The notes beneath the pieces are model-generated. The model did not search any database, had not been told where the DNA came from, and worked only from the letters and a program-made list of their open reading frames with translations. A DNA stretch of 64,000 nucleotides from Candidatus Bathyarchaeota archaeon (lineage in GTDB: Archaea; Thermoproteota; Bathyarchaeia; Bathyarchaeales; DTEX01). Shown here piece after piece: positions 1-11,589 of the stretch (its first letter is position 1; every line of letters begins with the position of its first letter). Location of the stretch: contig CAVQNT010000006.1 in NCBI GenBank assembly GCA_963714275.1, positions 1 to 64,000 on the forward strand, in the 5' to 3' direction. A program made the position numbers and the translations under genes.

Positions 1-386
1 AGAGGTTTGCGCAATACAGCACTTTAACTCGATTTTGCTGAGGTCCTCCGGTACCTTTTCCATCCATTCCGCAGCCGGTCGGAGAGTTTAAGCAACCCAT
101 AGCTTGCGATGCTGAGGAGGACCAAAACCACCAGAGCCGCTCCTGCCCATTCCGGAATCTTTACCCTCTTCAGGCCGCGGACGACAGGCCTCAAGAGGAA
201 GGTCAAAAGGGACGCCAATACCAAGGGCAGAACCAGTGCTCGGGCAAAATAGAGGGTGTAGAACGAGGCGATGATGCAAAGCGCTTTGAGCGCTATCGAA
301 GTAAACCCTGAAGGTGTTTGACTTCCCGGTTCGGGCCTTTTTGTGCTTGGAGCATTAGTCTCCTGTACATGATTCATATCAGCCAT
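1..386 (-). CDS. AI-2E family transporter, N-terminal part (bacterial-type; frameshifted/truncated at window edge)
   Basis: LYFARALVLPLVLASLLTFLLRPVVRGLKRVKIP...AALVV is a typical AI-2E/PerM N-terminus; visibly higher GC than downstream DNA. Confidence 0.7.
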
Positions 387-976
387 GGGTCCCTGCTGGC
401 GTAGTGTGCGTCATGTCATAAAAATGATAAAAACGCGGTTTTGGACGGGATGAATATAAGAGAAAAAAAGTTTCATGTCAAACGATAGGAACTGCAAATT
501 GCAGGCGCCTCATTAAACCGCCCAGGGCGCATCCTGACAAAGATATCTCGCGTTCACCCTTTTCTTGCGGGCTAACCAAACTCCTGTCCTGTCGCTCCAA
601 ACAGGCCACCAAGGTCTCTCAGCTAACAAAGATAGAAGCCAATTCCCAAAACTCCTTTTTAAAATCCGTCCATCCTCTAATGTGAACCCGTCTTCAATTT
701 CTTCTTATTGAAGGAAATTCATAATTTATTGGACGCCCCTACCACTATTATACCTCATAGGCGATCAAAAAAATCCAAAACAATTTGTCCAATGTCAAGC
801 CCTCACCCCTGTTTTTTTCCCCAACATATTCAATGCTAAGCCAGTTAGGCTACATCTCACGGGGTTTTGACTTTCCTTTTCTCAGCTCCGGATGCTTCTT
901 CAGGTACTCCCTCCAGGGTTGCCAGTAGTAAGTTTCCCTCAACATTTACAACTTATTTGCAGAAGAACAAATATCA

Positions 977-1477
977 ATGATAACCCAAAGCCCTAAAATG
1001 CAAGCAGCAACTGTGATTGCTTTGAACCCTGATTTAGCGGGTAATTTAGTTGCCTTTACGATGCCAACAGCGAACCCCCCAGTAGCGGGAGCGCCAACGA
1101 GCACTATTGGCGCCGACGCCTTTCAGATCACCCAGGCATCCACGTGCAAGACGGAGTGTTTAGAATTGCTTGACTACTTTACAAGAGATGATACCTGGGT
1201 AAAAATAGCATTGAAGGAAGGCTATACTCCGATGAGGGCCGATCTAGCAAATAATCCAGGCATAGTAGCTGATCCATATCTGCATGTCATGGCTCTTCAA
1301 GTTGGAAAAGGCGTTATCCCAGTAGAAGTCGTTGCTTTCTCACCTTTTGCGGAAATGCGTAAGAAACTATGTGACTGGTTCGTTCTCTATTTTACAGGAA
1401 AAGTTTCGGCAGAACAAGCGGTGGATGGTTGGATCGCTGACGATTTACTTATATACAACGAATATATTGGAGGCTAG
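977..1477 (+). CDS. Sugar ABC transporter substrate-binding protein, C-terminal fragment (5' end missing)
   Basis: GYTPMRADLANNP...DPYL and FTGKVSAEQAVD resemble CUT1 SBP C-termini; directly upstream of two permeases; no N-terminal half found upstream. Confidence 0.65.
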   Translation: MITQSPKMQAATVIALNPDLAGNLVAFTMPTANPPVAGAPTSTIGADAFQITQASTCKTECLELLDYFTRDDTWVKIALKEGYTPMRADLANNPGIVADPYLHVMALQVGKGVIPVEVVAFSPFAEMRKKLCDWFVLYFTGKVSAEQAVDGWIADDLLIYNEYIGG

Positions 1478-1515
1478 CCAGTATAGCCTCTCCCACATTT
1501 TTTGGATGACAAAAG

Positions 1516-2438
1516 ATGTTCGAGAAGTTAAAACTGAATATACGCAAGAATATGGTTGCTTATACTTTAATACTACCGTCGATTTTTCTTTTAATTTTTA
1601 TAGATATTGTACCAATTTCAGTAGCAATTGATTTAAGTTTTTACCGTTATTTCACAATGGAGCCTTATTATACACCTTTTATAGGTCTTCGAAACTACGA
1701 ATACATAATATTTACTGATTATGTTTTTTCAATAGCAATTAAAAACACAATTGTTTGGGCGTTGTTTGTTGTCATTTCCTCCACTTCGCTCGGATTAATT
1801 ACAGACTGTATTGTTGAACCAACCAATCAGAGGGAGAGGTATAGCTCGAATTTTGGTTATGCTTCCTTGGCTGATACCGGATGTTGCCGCTGCAGCCATA
1901 TGGAATCTGATGTTTAGAGGATATCCCCAAGGTCTCCTCAATCTATTTCTCAGCGAAATCTTGGGTCTTCATCAGTTTAAAAACTTTGGATGGTTAGCAC
2001 AGACAGACACATCCTTGTTTTCGGTGATGCTCGTTCAGATTTGGAAGTCATTTGGATTCTTCACAATTGCTATTTTGGGGGGAATGCAGTCAATAAGTAA
2101 AGATCTGTATGATGCGGCGAGAGTTGACGGAGTAAATTGGTTTCAAAAGTTTAAATACGTGACCATTCCAGGCATAACGCCAATACTAGTAATATTAATG
2201 CTTCTGAATTCTATCTGGACCTTCAAGTCCTTCGGGCTTGTATACGTTTTAACACGGGGTGGACCCGCTAACAGTTCAATGGTACTCGGTATGTACGCAT
2301 GGCTAACAGCTTTTTTCCTTCGGGGTGTTCAGTCGCGGAGCCGCGATGGGTGTTTTAATATTACTCATGATAACGGTGATTAGTCTATTATATGTAAGGA
2401 GAGTCATTCGTGGGTATAGCGACGAAAAAGGGCCATAG
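1516..2438 (+). CDS. Carbohydrate ABC transporter permease (MalF-like), frameshifted
   Basis: ORFs 1516-1917 and 1811-2383 plus tail to TAG 2436-2438; EAA motif DLYDAARVDG; VLTRGGPANSS. Confidence 0.88.
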
Positions 2439-2451
2439 GTAGGAAATCTCT

Positions 2452-3297
2452 ATGAATTGGAAGAAACTAAGTGAGACGATAATTATTTACATGGGATTGA
2501 CAATTATTATTTCCTTTGCCATCATACCCGTTGTATGGATGTTTTCATGTGCCTTTAAGCCAATGTCTGAGATATTTGCGAGCACCCCGTCAATAATATG
2601 GCGGATTCTTCCACGCAACCCCACATTGATAAATTTCTATGAAGCATTCCGTCTTTTAGATGTTCCGCGATATACCTATAATAGTCTCATTGTAGCGCTA
2701 GCAACAGCGCTAATAGGCACAGGCATTGCCACCTTAACGGGATACACTGTCGCAAGAAAACGTTTCTATGGAAAGAAACTTTACTTATGGGTGCTTCTTA
2801 TGATTCAAGGCTTTCCTAGCATCCTGTTCGTTATTCCACTGTTCATTATTTACGCAAATATAGGCCTCATTGATAACTACCTAGGCCTAACAATTTGTTA
2901 TGTCGCTTTTTCGCATACCTTCGCTGTGTGGATGATGACGGGTTACATAAAAACCATTCCAGTGGAAATAGAAGAAGCCGGAGTGATGGACGGTGCCACT
3001 ACACCTACATTACTTTCTAAGATTCTTCTACCCTTGATTGGACCCGGAATGGTTTCAGTGGCAATATACAGTTTCATGACGGCTTGGGGAGATTTGTTAT
3101 TTTGGCTTACATTGACAAGGTCCAATGACATGAAAAATCTGCCTATAGCAATTGCAATGTGCAGTTCACAATTCACTACGGAGTGGGGGATTCTAATGGC
3201 ATTGTCATTACTATACACTTTGCCATGTATGATTTTCTTTTCAATTCTACAGAAGTATATGGTTGCAGGTCTTACAGGAGGTGCAATAAAGGGCTAG
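2452..3297 (+). CDS. Carbohydrate ABC transporter permease (MalG-like)
   Basis: IPVEIEEAGVMDGA EAA loop, C-terminal QKYMVAGLTGGAIKG. Confidence 0.92.
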   Translation: MNWKKLSETIIIYMGLTIIISFAIIPVVWMFSCAFKPMSEIFASTPSIIWRILPRNPTLINFYEAFRLLDVPRYTYNSLIVALATALIGTGIATLTGYTVARKRFYGKKLYLWVLLMIQGFPSILFVIPLFIIYANIGLIDNYLGLTICYVAFSHTFAVWMMTGYIKTIPVEIEEAGVMDGATTPTLLSKILLPLIGPGMVSVAIYSFMTAWGDLLFWLTLTRSNDMKNLPIAIAMCSSQFTTEWGILMALSLLYTLPCMIFFSILQKYMVAGLTGGAIKG

Positions 3298-3313
3298 CTA
3301 GATATCTAGCTAG
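3294..3313. repeat. Perfect 20-bp palindrome CTAGCTAGATATCTAGCTAG overlapping the permease stop codon
   Basis: Sequence equals its own reverse complement; more CTAG units follow. Confidence 0.85.
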
Positions 3314-3582
3314 ATAGCTAGTTAGACCGAGTCTTGAACTACGAGCGTTGAAGGTACGTAGTAGATTGTGGAAGTGTTATCAATGGTTCCGTCAATCTCT
3401 TCAGTGAGTTCAAGCTCAACTCATCATTTTACTGTTTGAACAACATATGCTGTTAAGGAAGGTCTGGTCTGATTTGTGTAAAAGAACCGCAATATTTAGT
3501 CAGTTAGTTTTTAAGTTCAGTGCATTTATATCAGCGTAGATTTAAATGCAATGGACAAAACAATAAATTGGTGGTATAAATA

Positions 3583-4748
3583 ATGATGACGCGTAGAGAG
3601 AGAATTAAAGTCTGCCATTAATTTTAAGAAGCCAGATGAACTTCCTTGGCACGAATCTTTTACAATTGATACTATTATGAAGTGGTTTAAAGAAGGGCTG
3701 TCAGCTAACGAAGTAACTGCTATTGATTGGAAGATTGATGAGCTTTTACTAAATTCAGCAAGGGTTAAGGGGTTCGATCTCTATCCCTATTTTGGATGCT
3801 ATAACATTGATGAGTTGCCCGTCGGTCTAGATCTTGGGCCTATACCTAGGTTTAAGCAAAATGTTTTAGAAGAGACTGAAAAGTACGTTGATGTTTTAGC
3901 TCAAACCGGTGCTATTATGAGGCGGTTTAAACAAGCCAAGTACGTATGGTATAACATGCCAATGTTTCTCAGTTTTCCCGTAAAAGACCGCGAAACGTGG
4001 AAGGAGTATAAACGACGTCTGAATCCCTATGACCCGAGGAGATATCCTAAAGACTGGGAAAAAAGTGCCTACATAAAAGCCTTTGAAGACTGCCAGAAAG
4101 GTAACACCATTTTATATATTAGTGGCTTTTATGGCTTTGGGGCTCAGCTAATGGGGATCCCTATCTTCATCTCAATGTTTTACAAAGACCCGGGAGCTCA
4201 TTAAGGACATGGCAGAATACTGGGAATTTTTCACCATAGAAACGGTCAAAGATGCTGTTGAGACATTGAAGGATAGGATAGACATAGTGTGCTGGTGGGA
4301 AGACATGGCGGAGAGACACGGCCCATGCATATCTCCAAAACTTTACAGAGAGTTTCTCTTACCGGTCTATAAGAAGGTTACAGGTTTCTTCAGTAAGAAT
4401 AAGATCGATCGTATATTAATGGATAGTGATGGCAACATTAACCCATTGCTCGACTTGATTATCAAGGCGGGAATCACAGGTGTATGGCCGCTGGAAGTAA
4501 ACGCGGGAATGGACGCAATAACTATAAAGAAAAAATATGGGAATAAGTTATTCTTGATAGGAAACTTGGACAAAAGGGAACTGGCTGAAGGTGGAGAAAG
4601 AATGAGACGAGAAGTCGACTCAAAAGTGCCAAAACTAAAGGAGATGGGCGGCTACATACCAGGCTTAGACCATGTAGTCCCTGTTGAATTCACGTTAGAG
4701 AAATTCAAAGAATACGCAGAGTATATGAAAGGTCAACTTGTTTATTAA
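3583..4748 (+). CDS. Uroporphyrinogen decarboxylase/MtaA-like (URO-D superfamily) protein, frameshifted
   Basis: MMTRRER start at 3583; WEDMAERHGPCISP, MDSDGN, GGYIPGLDHVVP motifs. Confidence 0.85.
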
Positions 4749-4921
4749 ACCAGAAACTCGACTCTTCAATCATATATGTGATCTAGTGATTTTAGCAGGA
4801 AAGAGAGAAACTACATGATCATAAGACTGCCTTAAGTACGAGAGAGAGCGGGATTACACTTACTTTTTATATTGGCTAGCACTAGTAAGTACGAGACTAC
4901 ACAATGTTGTGTGTGTGAAGA

Positions 4922-7173
4922 TTGATGTCAAGAATAGAAAGATTGAAAAAGAATCTTTTTGACATAGACCTAAATGATTGGAATCGTGTCCCCCTAACAA
5001 TACTGGATGAGAAGGGCATTGAGAAGGAACCTGTAATTATTAGGAAAGCAAAAGCGATAGAGAAATCTATTTCTGAGGCGAAAGTCATCATTAGACCAGA
5101 TGAACTCATTGTGGGAAGCGCTCTTCTTACTTGGCGTGAATGCGCTTACGCAACGCAAGAGGAGAAAGAAAAGTACATCGGCAGGGCATTATGCAATCAT
5201 ATGCTTCGCGGTCAAGTGTCTATTAGCGCAACCACAGAGGAATTACTACAATATGTAGAAGAGACGGACCTTGCGAAGACAAGAGCAATAGAATATTTCA
5301 CCTGGGGTCACACAATCCTAGGATTTAGGAGAATTTTGCAGAAAGGTTTTATGGGAGTCTTGGAGGAGGCGAAAGAGAAATTAATGCAATGGGAGATGGC
5401 TTCAGAGAAGGATTATCGCAAGAGAAATTTCTGGCAAGCTGAAGTGATATTGTGCTCTGCTATATCCAAGTTTGCTAAAAGGTATGCGGATACAGTGAAA
5501 GCTTAGCCACGCAAGAGCCAAATCCAAAAAGAAAAGAGGAACTGAATAGGATCTCCAAAATATGTGAGAGAGTTCCTACTTATCCGGCAAGGACATTCTA
5601 CGAGGCTATGCAGAGTATCTGGTTTACATTCTTTATATTTCATCGACTCACAAATACTAATCCAGGCCGGCTTAATCAATACCTGTACCCCTACTACCAA
5701 AAAGATTTAGAGAAGGGACAAATTACAAATGAACTAGCACAGGAACTGATAGATTGCTTCTGGTTAAAACTTGCAGAGAGGTGGCTTGAGTGTGCGCGCG
5801 CGCACCTCGGTATTGGAGAAGGTATTATGCTAGGTGGACAAACTCCAGATGGAAAAGATGCCACAAACGAGATAACCTATATGTGCCTAAATGCACAAAA
5901 TAGATTTAGGCTACCTACACCAAAGATTTCTCGATTCGTTTCCACAGGAACTCACCCCAGAAGTTGTGGCATGAAGCTGTAGAACTGGTACCTTTACTAC
6001 GCAGTTTCCCGGCTTCTTCAATGATGATGTTATCATCCCTGCCTTCCAAAAGTTTGGGATGCCCATAGAGGACGCTAGGGACTATTCGGATGATGGTTGT
6101 GAAGAACTTGTAATCTGTGGGAAACAACAAGATTCGTGTGGCAGACGTCTGGTTCTTGCCTCTCAAACAGCTTGAATTAGCATTGAATAATGGCATCTCT
6201 TTTACCACCGGAAAGCAGGAGGGACTGCCTACAGGTGACCCTAGTTTTTTCAAGACTTTTGATGCTCTTATGGTAGCTCTGAAAAAACAGATAATCTATG
6301 ACATAGAAAGAAAGGTCAAAATTGCGAATGCTCAAGAGAAGTATGTTTCTAAGATATCTCCTGATCCTCTTTTATCATTAACCTTAGCAGATTGTACAGA
6401 AAGTGGCAAGGACGTAACAGAAGGCGGCACACGCTATAACAACACCGGCACCACAATCGGTTTAGGGTTAGCTAATACCGCGGACGCCCTCGTTGCTATC
6501 AAGAAGATAGTATTCGAAGAGAAAAAAATCACTCTAGTTGAACTGGTGAACGCATTAAAAACCAATTTTCTTTTTAAAGAAAGTCTGCGCTGTGAGCTCA
6601 TTAACAGGATGCCTAAGTATGGGAATGATGACGATTCTGTGGATTTGTTAGCAAAGGAAATAGTTGACATTTATGCTAAAGAGATCCCAAATCACCATAA
6701 TACCCGAGGTGGCTATTTTAAACTGGGTTTGTGGGGAACGGATTACGTGGTTAAGGGCAAAGAGGTCGGGGCTTCTGCTGATGGGAGGTTGGTTGGAGAG
6801 CCCCTCTCTGCCAACCTATCGCCTGCTCCTGGTAGAGCCTTAAGAGGAGCAACATCGATAATAAAGTCAGCGACCAAAATCGATCAAAGCTATCCACCAA
6901 CGGATCCAACCTTGACATCGAGTTGATCCAACGACAGTTAATAACGAAAATGGTCTCTACGCTCTCGAGTCCTTAATAAAAACCTACTTTGCCTTGGGAG
7001 GAATGAATATACAGTTCAATGTAGTCAGCGCTGAAATGTTGCGAGAAGCACAAAAACAGCCAGATAAGTATAAAGATCTGCAAGTTAGAGTATGGGGTTA
7101 TAGCGATTATTTTATTAGGCTAGACGCAAAAACACAACAGCACATCATGGAAAGGACAGAGCGTGCAAGCTAA
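4922..7173 (+). CDS. Glycyl radical enzyme (PFL2/diol-dehydratase-like family), several frameshifts
   Basis: IRPDELIVG, GRLNQYLYPYY, LGGQTPDGKDATN, Cys loop DYSDDGCEE (~6080-6106), PKYGNDDD, GASADGR, C-terminal YKDLQVRVWGYSDYF (~7069-7113), stop TAA 7171-7173. Confidence 0.92.
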
Positions 7174-7182
7174 TAGGGGGGG

Positions 7183-8155
7183 ATGCTGGTTTCCGAATCC
7201 TCTAAACAAGAAGTGAAAGTTATGAATGGAAACGGAACTAGAGGTTGGGTTTTTAGTATCCAAAAGTTTGCAGTTCACGACGGTCCAGGAATTCGGACTA
7301 CGGTTTTTCTTAAGGGGTGTCCCCTTCGTTGTGTTTGGTGTCATAATCCTGAAGGTTTAAAGATGGAATTTGATTTTTTCTTCAATGAAAGTCTCTGCAT
7401 CGGATGTGGTTGTTGTATTAGGGCTTGTCCTGAGGGGGTTCATGGCATGTTTTATGGGATGGGGAGAACGATCCGAAGGGAACTATGTAAACACTGTGGT
7501 CGATGCACCGAAGTATGCCACACTGGGGCTTTAGGACCTATAGGAAAAGTGATGTCTGTTGAAGAAATCTTGGTAGACGTAGATAAGGACAGACCATTCT
7601 ATGAGAATTCTGGTGGAGGCATAACTATCTCTGGAGGAGAGCCTCTAATGCAACCCACGTTCTCTTTGGAACTTCTTAAAAGAGCGAGAGAGAGGGGAAT
7701 TCACACCGTCTTAGAGACCTGTGGATTCGGTAGGTGGAAGGATTTAGAAAGAATGTGTCAATATGTTTCTTTATTATTTTTTGATATCAAGGTAATGGAT
7801 AGGATCAAGCATAAGGAACTAACTGGTGTTTCCAACGACATAATACTACGTAACCTTAAGAGGATATTACACAAAGGAACATCTGTCACCATTCGAATTC
7901 CCTTAGTACCTAAGCTTCACTGATTCCGAGAAAAATATCCGTCAGATAGGCCAATTTGTGAGCTCTCTCGGCGCGCGCCCAAGAATTGAACTGTTGCCTT
8001 ATCATCAATTGGCCGAGTCAAAATATCGGAGATTGGGTGTTCAGTACAAACTTAAGGGATTACAGCCACTACCAAAAGAAGAAGCATTCAAGGTTCGAGA
8101 ATTACTAACCGCTTATGGTATCGACGTGTTTTGCCAACAATTGGTCTCGGGCTAG
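7183..8155 (+). CDS. Glycyl-radical enzyme activating protein (radical SAM with ferredoxin insert), frameshifted
   Basis: HDGPGIRTTVFLKGCPLRCVWCHNPE, two CxxCxxCxxxC motifs, GGGITISGGEP, ELLPYH. Confidence 0.95.
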
Positions 8156-8345
8156 TCTAGCGATATAGGCTATCGCCTACTCCCTCTGACATCATCGAAG
8201 ATTTTGATTTACCCACCATTCAGCGTTGAGTCTATAATATAATGTTTTTCTAGAGCTTAGTCAGTCGGATGGCATAGCGTTTCGTGTTCGATTGATCAAA
8301 AGTGATTAATATAAGAAGTAAGAGAAATGAAAGTGTGATGTTTAG

Positions 8346-9607
8346 TTGGCATTTGGTAAAATGGCAGTTGATTATGAAGAGCGAATCAATATTGAAAGAA
8401 TGAGGAAAGAAAGGAAAGAAAAGGCAGTAAAGTCATGCACAAAATACGAGATAAGGGGAATTCTATGTTTCAATTCTCCTAATGTAAGATATATAACTAC
8501 AGGACCGGACGCTGATTGGAGAGGGGGCCTTAACGGAAACCGATACGCATTTTTACCAGTAGACAGAGATCCAACACTTTTTGAGATAGGAATGTGTCAA
8601 GAGGCCATTTGTAATGCAAATCCATGGCTTAATGTTGAAACGGCTATACCAGCTCTCAGGATGGTATGAAGATGGGCTTATTTTTAATCAACCAGCAGCC
8701 AAACGTCAAGCTAAAAAATTTGCAAGTCAAATAAAGAATTTACTAAAAGATGAGAAGTTATTAGATGAAACGATTGGTATTGATGTATCACTATCATCTA
8801 ATATACGAAGAAGCCTTGAGGAAGAAAATATAAACACTTCTATAATTGGATCCAATGCAATGATTGAAGCTAGGTCAATTAAAACACGGGATGAAGTTGA
8901 ATGCCTTAGAATCGCTGCAAGCGTAGTAGAGGCGTGCTTTGCTAAGATCTGCAAGGCTTTAAAGCCAGGCATCACAGAAAATGATATGATCTCAATTATA
9001 TATGAAACTGCATATTCCCTGGGGGCTGAAACGTTAAACGCGCACTGCGATTCTGGTCCTCACACTTGGCCTAATTTCGCTTTCCATACCGATAGAATAG
9101 TTAGACTTATGGACCTTGTATACATGGATATCTATAATCTAAGTTACCTGGGATATAGGACATGTTATTACCGTACCTTTAGCTGCGGCAAACCGACCCA
9201 AGCACAGAAAGACACTTACAAGCAAGTTAGGGATTGGACAAAGGAGGCAATAAAAGCCATCAAACCAGGGATTACAACAAAGGATCTCGCTGAAAAATGG
9301 CCCAAAGGCTGAAGAATTTGGGCGACCGAATGAAGATGCAGTTTGCCTAATGCAATGGGGGCATGGTATTGGTTTATCTCTATATGAACCTCCCCTTACC
9401 TCTAGAATTTGGTCTTTAGATTATCCTGAAGAAATTAAGAAAGGAATGACGTTTGCAATTGAAACAATTGGTGGAACAGGGGAGCGCACTATAGAGTGTC
9501 CAATGGGGCAAGGTGTACGCGTAGAAGAGATGATTCACGTTACTGAAACTGGGTCAGACATTCTTTCAAGATGGCCAATTGATGAGATCACGGTTTGTGA
9601 ACTGTAG
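8346..9607 (+). CDS. M24 (Xaa-Pro peptidase/creatinase-like) family protein, frameshifted
   Basis: EARSIKTRDE, DIYN..YLGYRTCYYRTF, WGHGIGLSLYEPP, FAIET, GVRVEE. Confidence 0.88.
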
Positions 9608-9679
9608 ATATAGATCTACGCAAGTAAAAGTTGACAATAAGAACAGATTAATAATTTAGTTTTTGGGGTAAACCTGAAT

Positions 9680-10460
9680 ATGAGACTGAAAGAAAAGGTT
9701 GCTTTGATCACTGGAGGGGCTTCTGGTATTGGGCGTGCGACCTCTATAATATTCGGAAAAGAGGGAGCTAAAGTTGTTGTTGTTGACATGAATGAGGAGG
9801 GAAGTAAGGAAACAGTGCAGTTAGTAAAAGCATCCGGAGGGGAAGCCATGTTTGTAATAGCCGATGTTTCAAAAACAACCGATGTCCAAAGAATGGTGAA
9901 GACGACCGTAGATATATATGGTCGGCTTGACATTCTGGTTAATAACGCTGGGATCGTGCTAACAGGCCCTCTCGAGGAGACAACAGAAGAGCAATATGAA
10001 AAAGTTGTCAATATTAATTTAAAAGGCGTGTTTCTAGGATCCAAGTACGCGATACCGCATATGAAGCAGCAAGGGGGAGGAGTAATCGTAAATACAGCCT
10101 CGATCGCGGGACGCGTTGGTTTTGCCAATCAGCCCTTATACTGTGCTACAAAGGGGGGAGTCATGGCCATGACAAGAGCTTTGGCCTTAGACCTTGCTCC
10201 CTACAACGTTCGCGTCAATGCCGTAAGTCCCGGAAATGTCGACACCCCGTCGCTAAATAACTATGTACGTATACAAGACTAGCCTTAGAAAGACTGATCC
10301 TAGAGAGATTCGGAGAGAGTTTGAATCCCAGATTATGCTTAAGAGATGGGCCAAACCAGAAGAAATCGCATTAGGTATACTATACTTAGCATCAGAGGAA
10401 TCATCCTACGTGACTGGAACCGAACTAGTGATAGATGGTGGTATGACTGCAGCGAGATGA
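9680..10460 (+). CDS. Short-chain dehydrogenase/reductase (SDR), frameshifted near 3' end
   Basis: TGGASGIG, NNAG, YCATK, VTGTELVIDGG. Confidence 0.95.
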
Positions 10461-10595
10461 GAAATACGTCTCATAACTTAAATAGACTAGGGCTTATATA
10501 TCATAGCGCGCGAAAGTTGAAAGGCAAGGGACTGTGTAAGTAGCCAGACTGGGGCACGTAAAAATATAAATAGTGAAACGCCATAAGAATTTTGG

Positions 10596-11399
10596 ATGGT
10601 GACTATGAAAAATATTAAAAAAGCCCTTCAAGAGGGTGAGTTAGTAATAGGAACCTTTTCTTTGACAGCACATCCTGGAATAGTGGAGATGATAGGCTAT
10701 GCTGGTTTCGACTTTGTAATCATCGACACCGAACACGGAGCGGCCAGTCCGCGCGGTACAGAATTGGAAAACCTGATAAGAGCCGCCTATGCTGCCGACA
10801 TAACACCCTTAGTTAGAGTAAATGAGGTTCCCAGTGTAGCTCCAGGCATGATCGAAAAAGCTTTGGACTTTGCCGCCAAGGGGGTGGTGGTTCCCTTTCT
10901 TGAGACCAAGGAAGACGCGATGCTGGCGGTAAGACATTCGAGGTTTCCCCCGGAGGGTTATCGTGGCGGTGGGCCTCCCACCCGATCCGCCAAGTATGGG
11001 TGGGAGGATTGGACCACCCATTTAAGGCGGGTGAAGCAGGAAATAGTGTTCCTTCCACTCATAGAGAGTAGAAGGGCTGTGGACAACATAGAAGAGATAA
11101 TAACGGTTAAGGGGATAGATGCAATCTTCTTCGGACCTTTCGATCTTTCGATGACTCTGGGCCTAGGAGGATTCGATTATGAGAATCCTCTCATAACGGA
11201 ATGTATGCAAAGGGTCTACTCTGTATGCAAAAAGGAGGGAGTGCCAATCGCAGACTTCAGCTGGAATATTGAACGAGCTAAGAAAGCTGTTGAACAAGGC
11301 TGCACCCTAATTGTCATTAGCGCTGACATTCCCTTCATCCACGACAAATTTCGAGAAATCATGAAAAGAGTGGACGAGGAATTAAGACCTATGAGATAA
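10596..11399 (+). CDS. HpcH/HpaI class II aldolase family protein
   Basis: GFDFVIIDTEHG, RFPPEGYRG, IESRRAVDNIEEI, FFGPFDLS. Confidence 0.92.
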   Translation: MVTMKNIKKALQEGELVIGTFSLTAHPGIVEMIGYAGFDFVIIDTEHGAASPRGTELENLIRAAYAADITPLVRVNEVPSVAPGMIEKALDFAAKGVVVPFLETKEDAMLAVRHSRFPPEGYRGGGPPTRSAKYGWEDWTTHLRRVKQEIVFLPLIESRRAVDNIEEIITVKGIDAIFFGPFDLSMTLGLGGFDYENPLITECMQRVYSVCKKEGVPIADFSWNIERAKKAVEQGCTLIVISADIPFIHDKFREIMKRVDEELRPMR

Positions 11400-11469
11400 G
11401 CCCTTTTTCACTCTTTTTCCAGAATCATGTTCCCATAGCGCAATGGTATGAGGAGAGTTTAACTGGGAG

Positions 11470-11497
11470 GCGCTCATGTCATGTTATGAGCGCTTTT
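11470..11497 (+). terminator. Stem-loop followed by T-run (possible terminator)
   Basis: GCGCTCAT-gtcatgtt-ATGAGCGC-TTTT between aldolase and E1 alpha. Confidence 0.35.
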
Positions 11498-11589
11498 GTT
11501 GGATTAGATGTGCATTCCGAGCATGCTTTCACCACCGTCCTCGACTAGGATGGTCGGGAATTTATTAAGTAATTGAGGAGAATAGTGAT

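Noticed and set aside
4922-7173. Calling the GRE pyruvate formate-lyase or a specific known eliminase
   Set aside because: It lacks the PFL CC motif, its activase has a ferredoxin insert, and the motifs match no enzyme I can name with confidence
9616-10128. 170-aa antisense ORF and similar antisense ORFs over aor, proB and hdrA
   Set aside because: They lie opposite well-supported genes and carry no recognisable motifs
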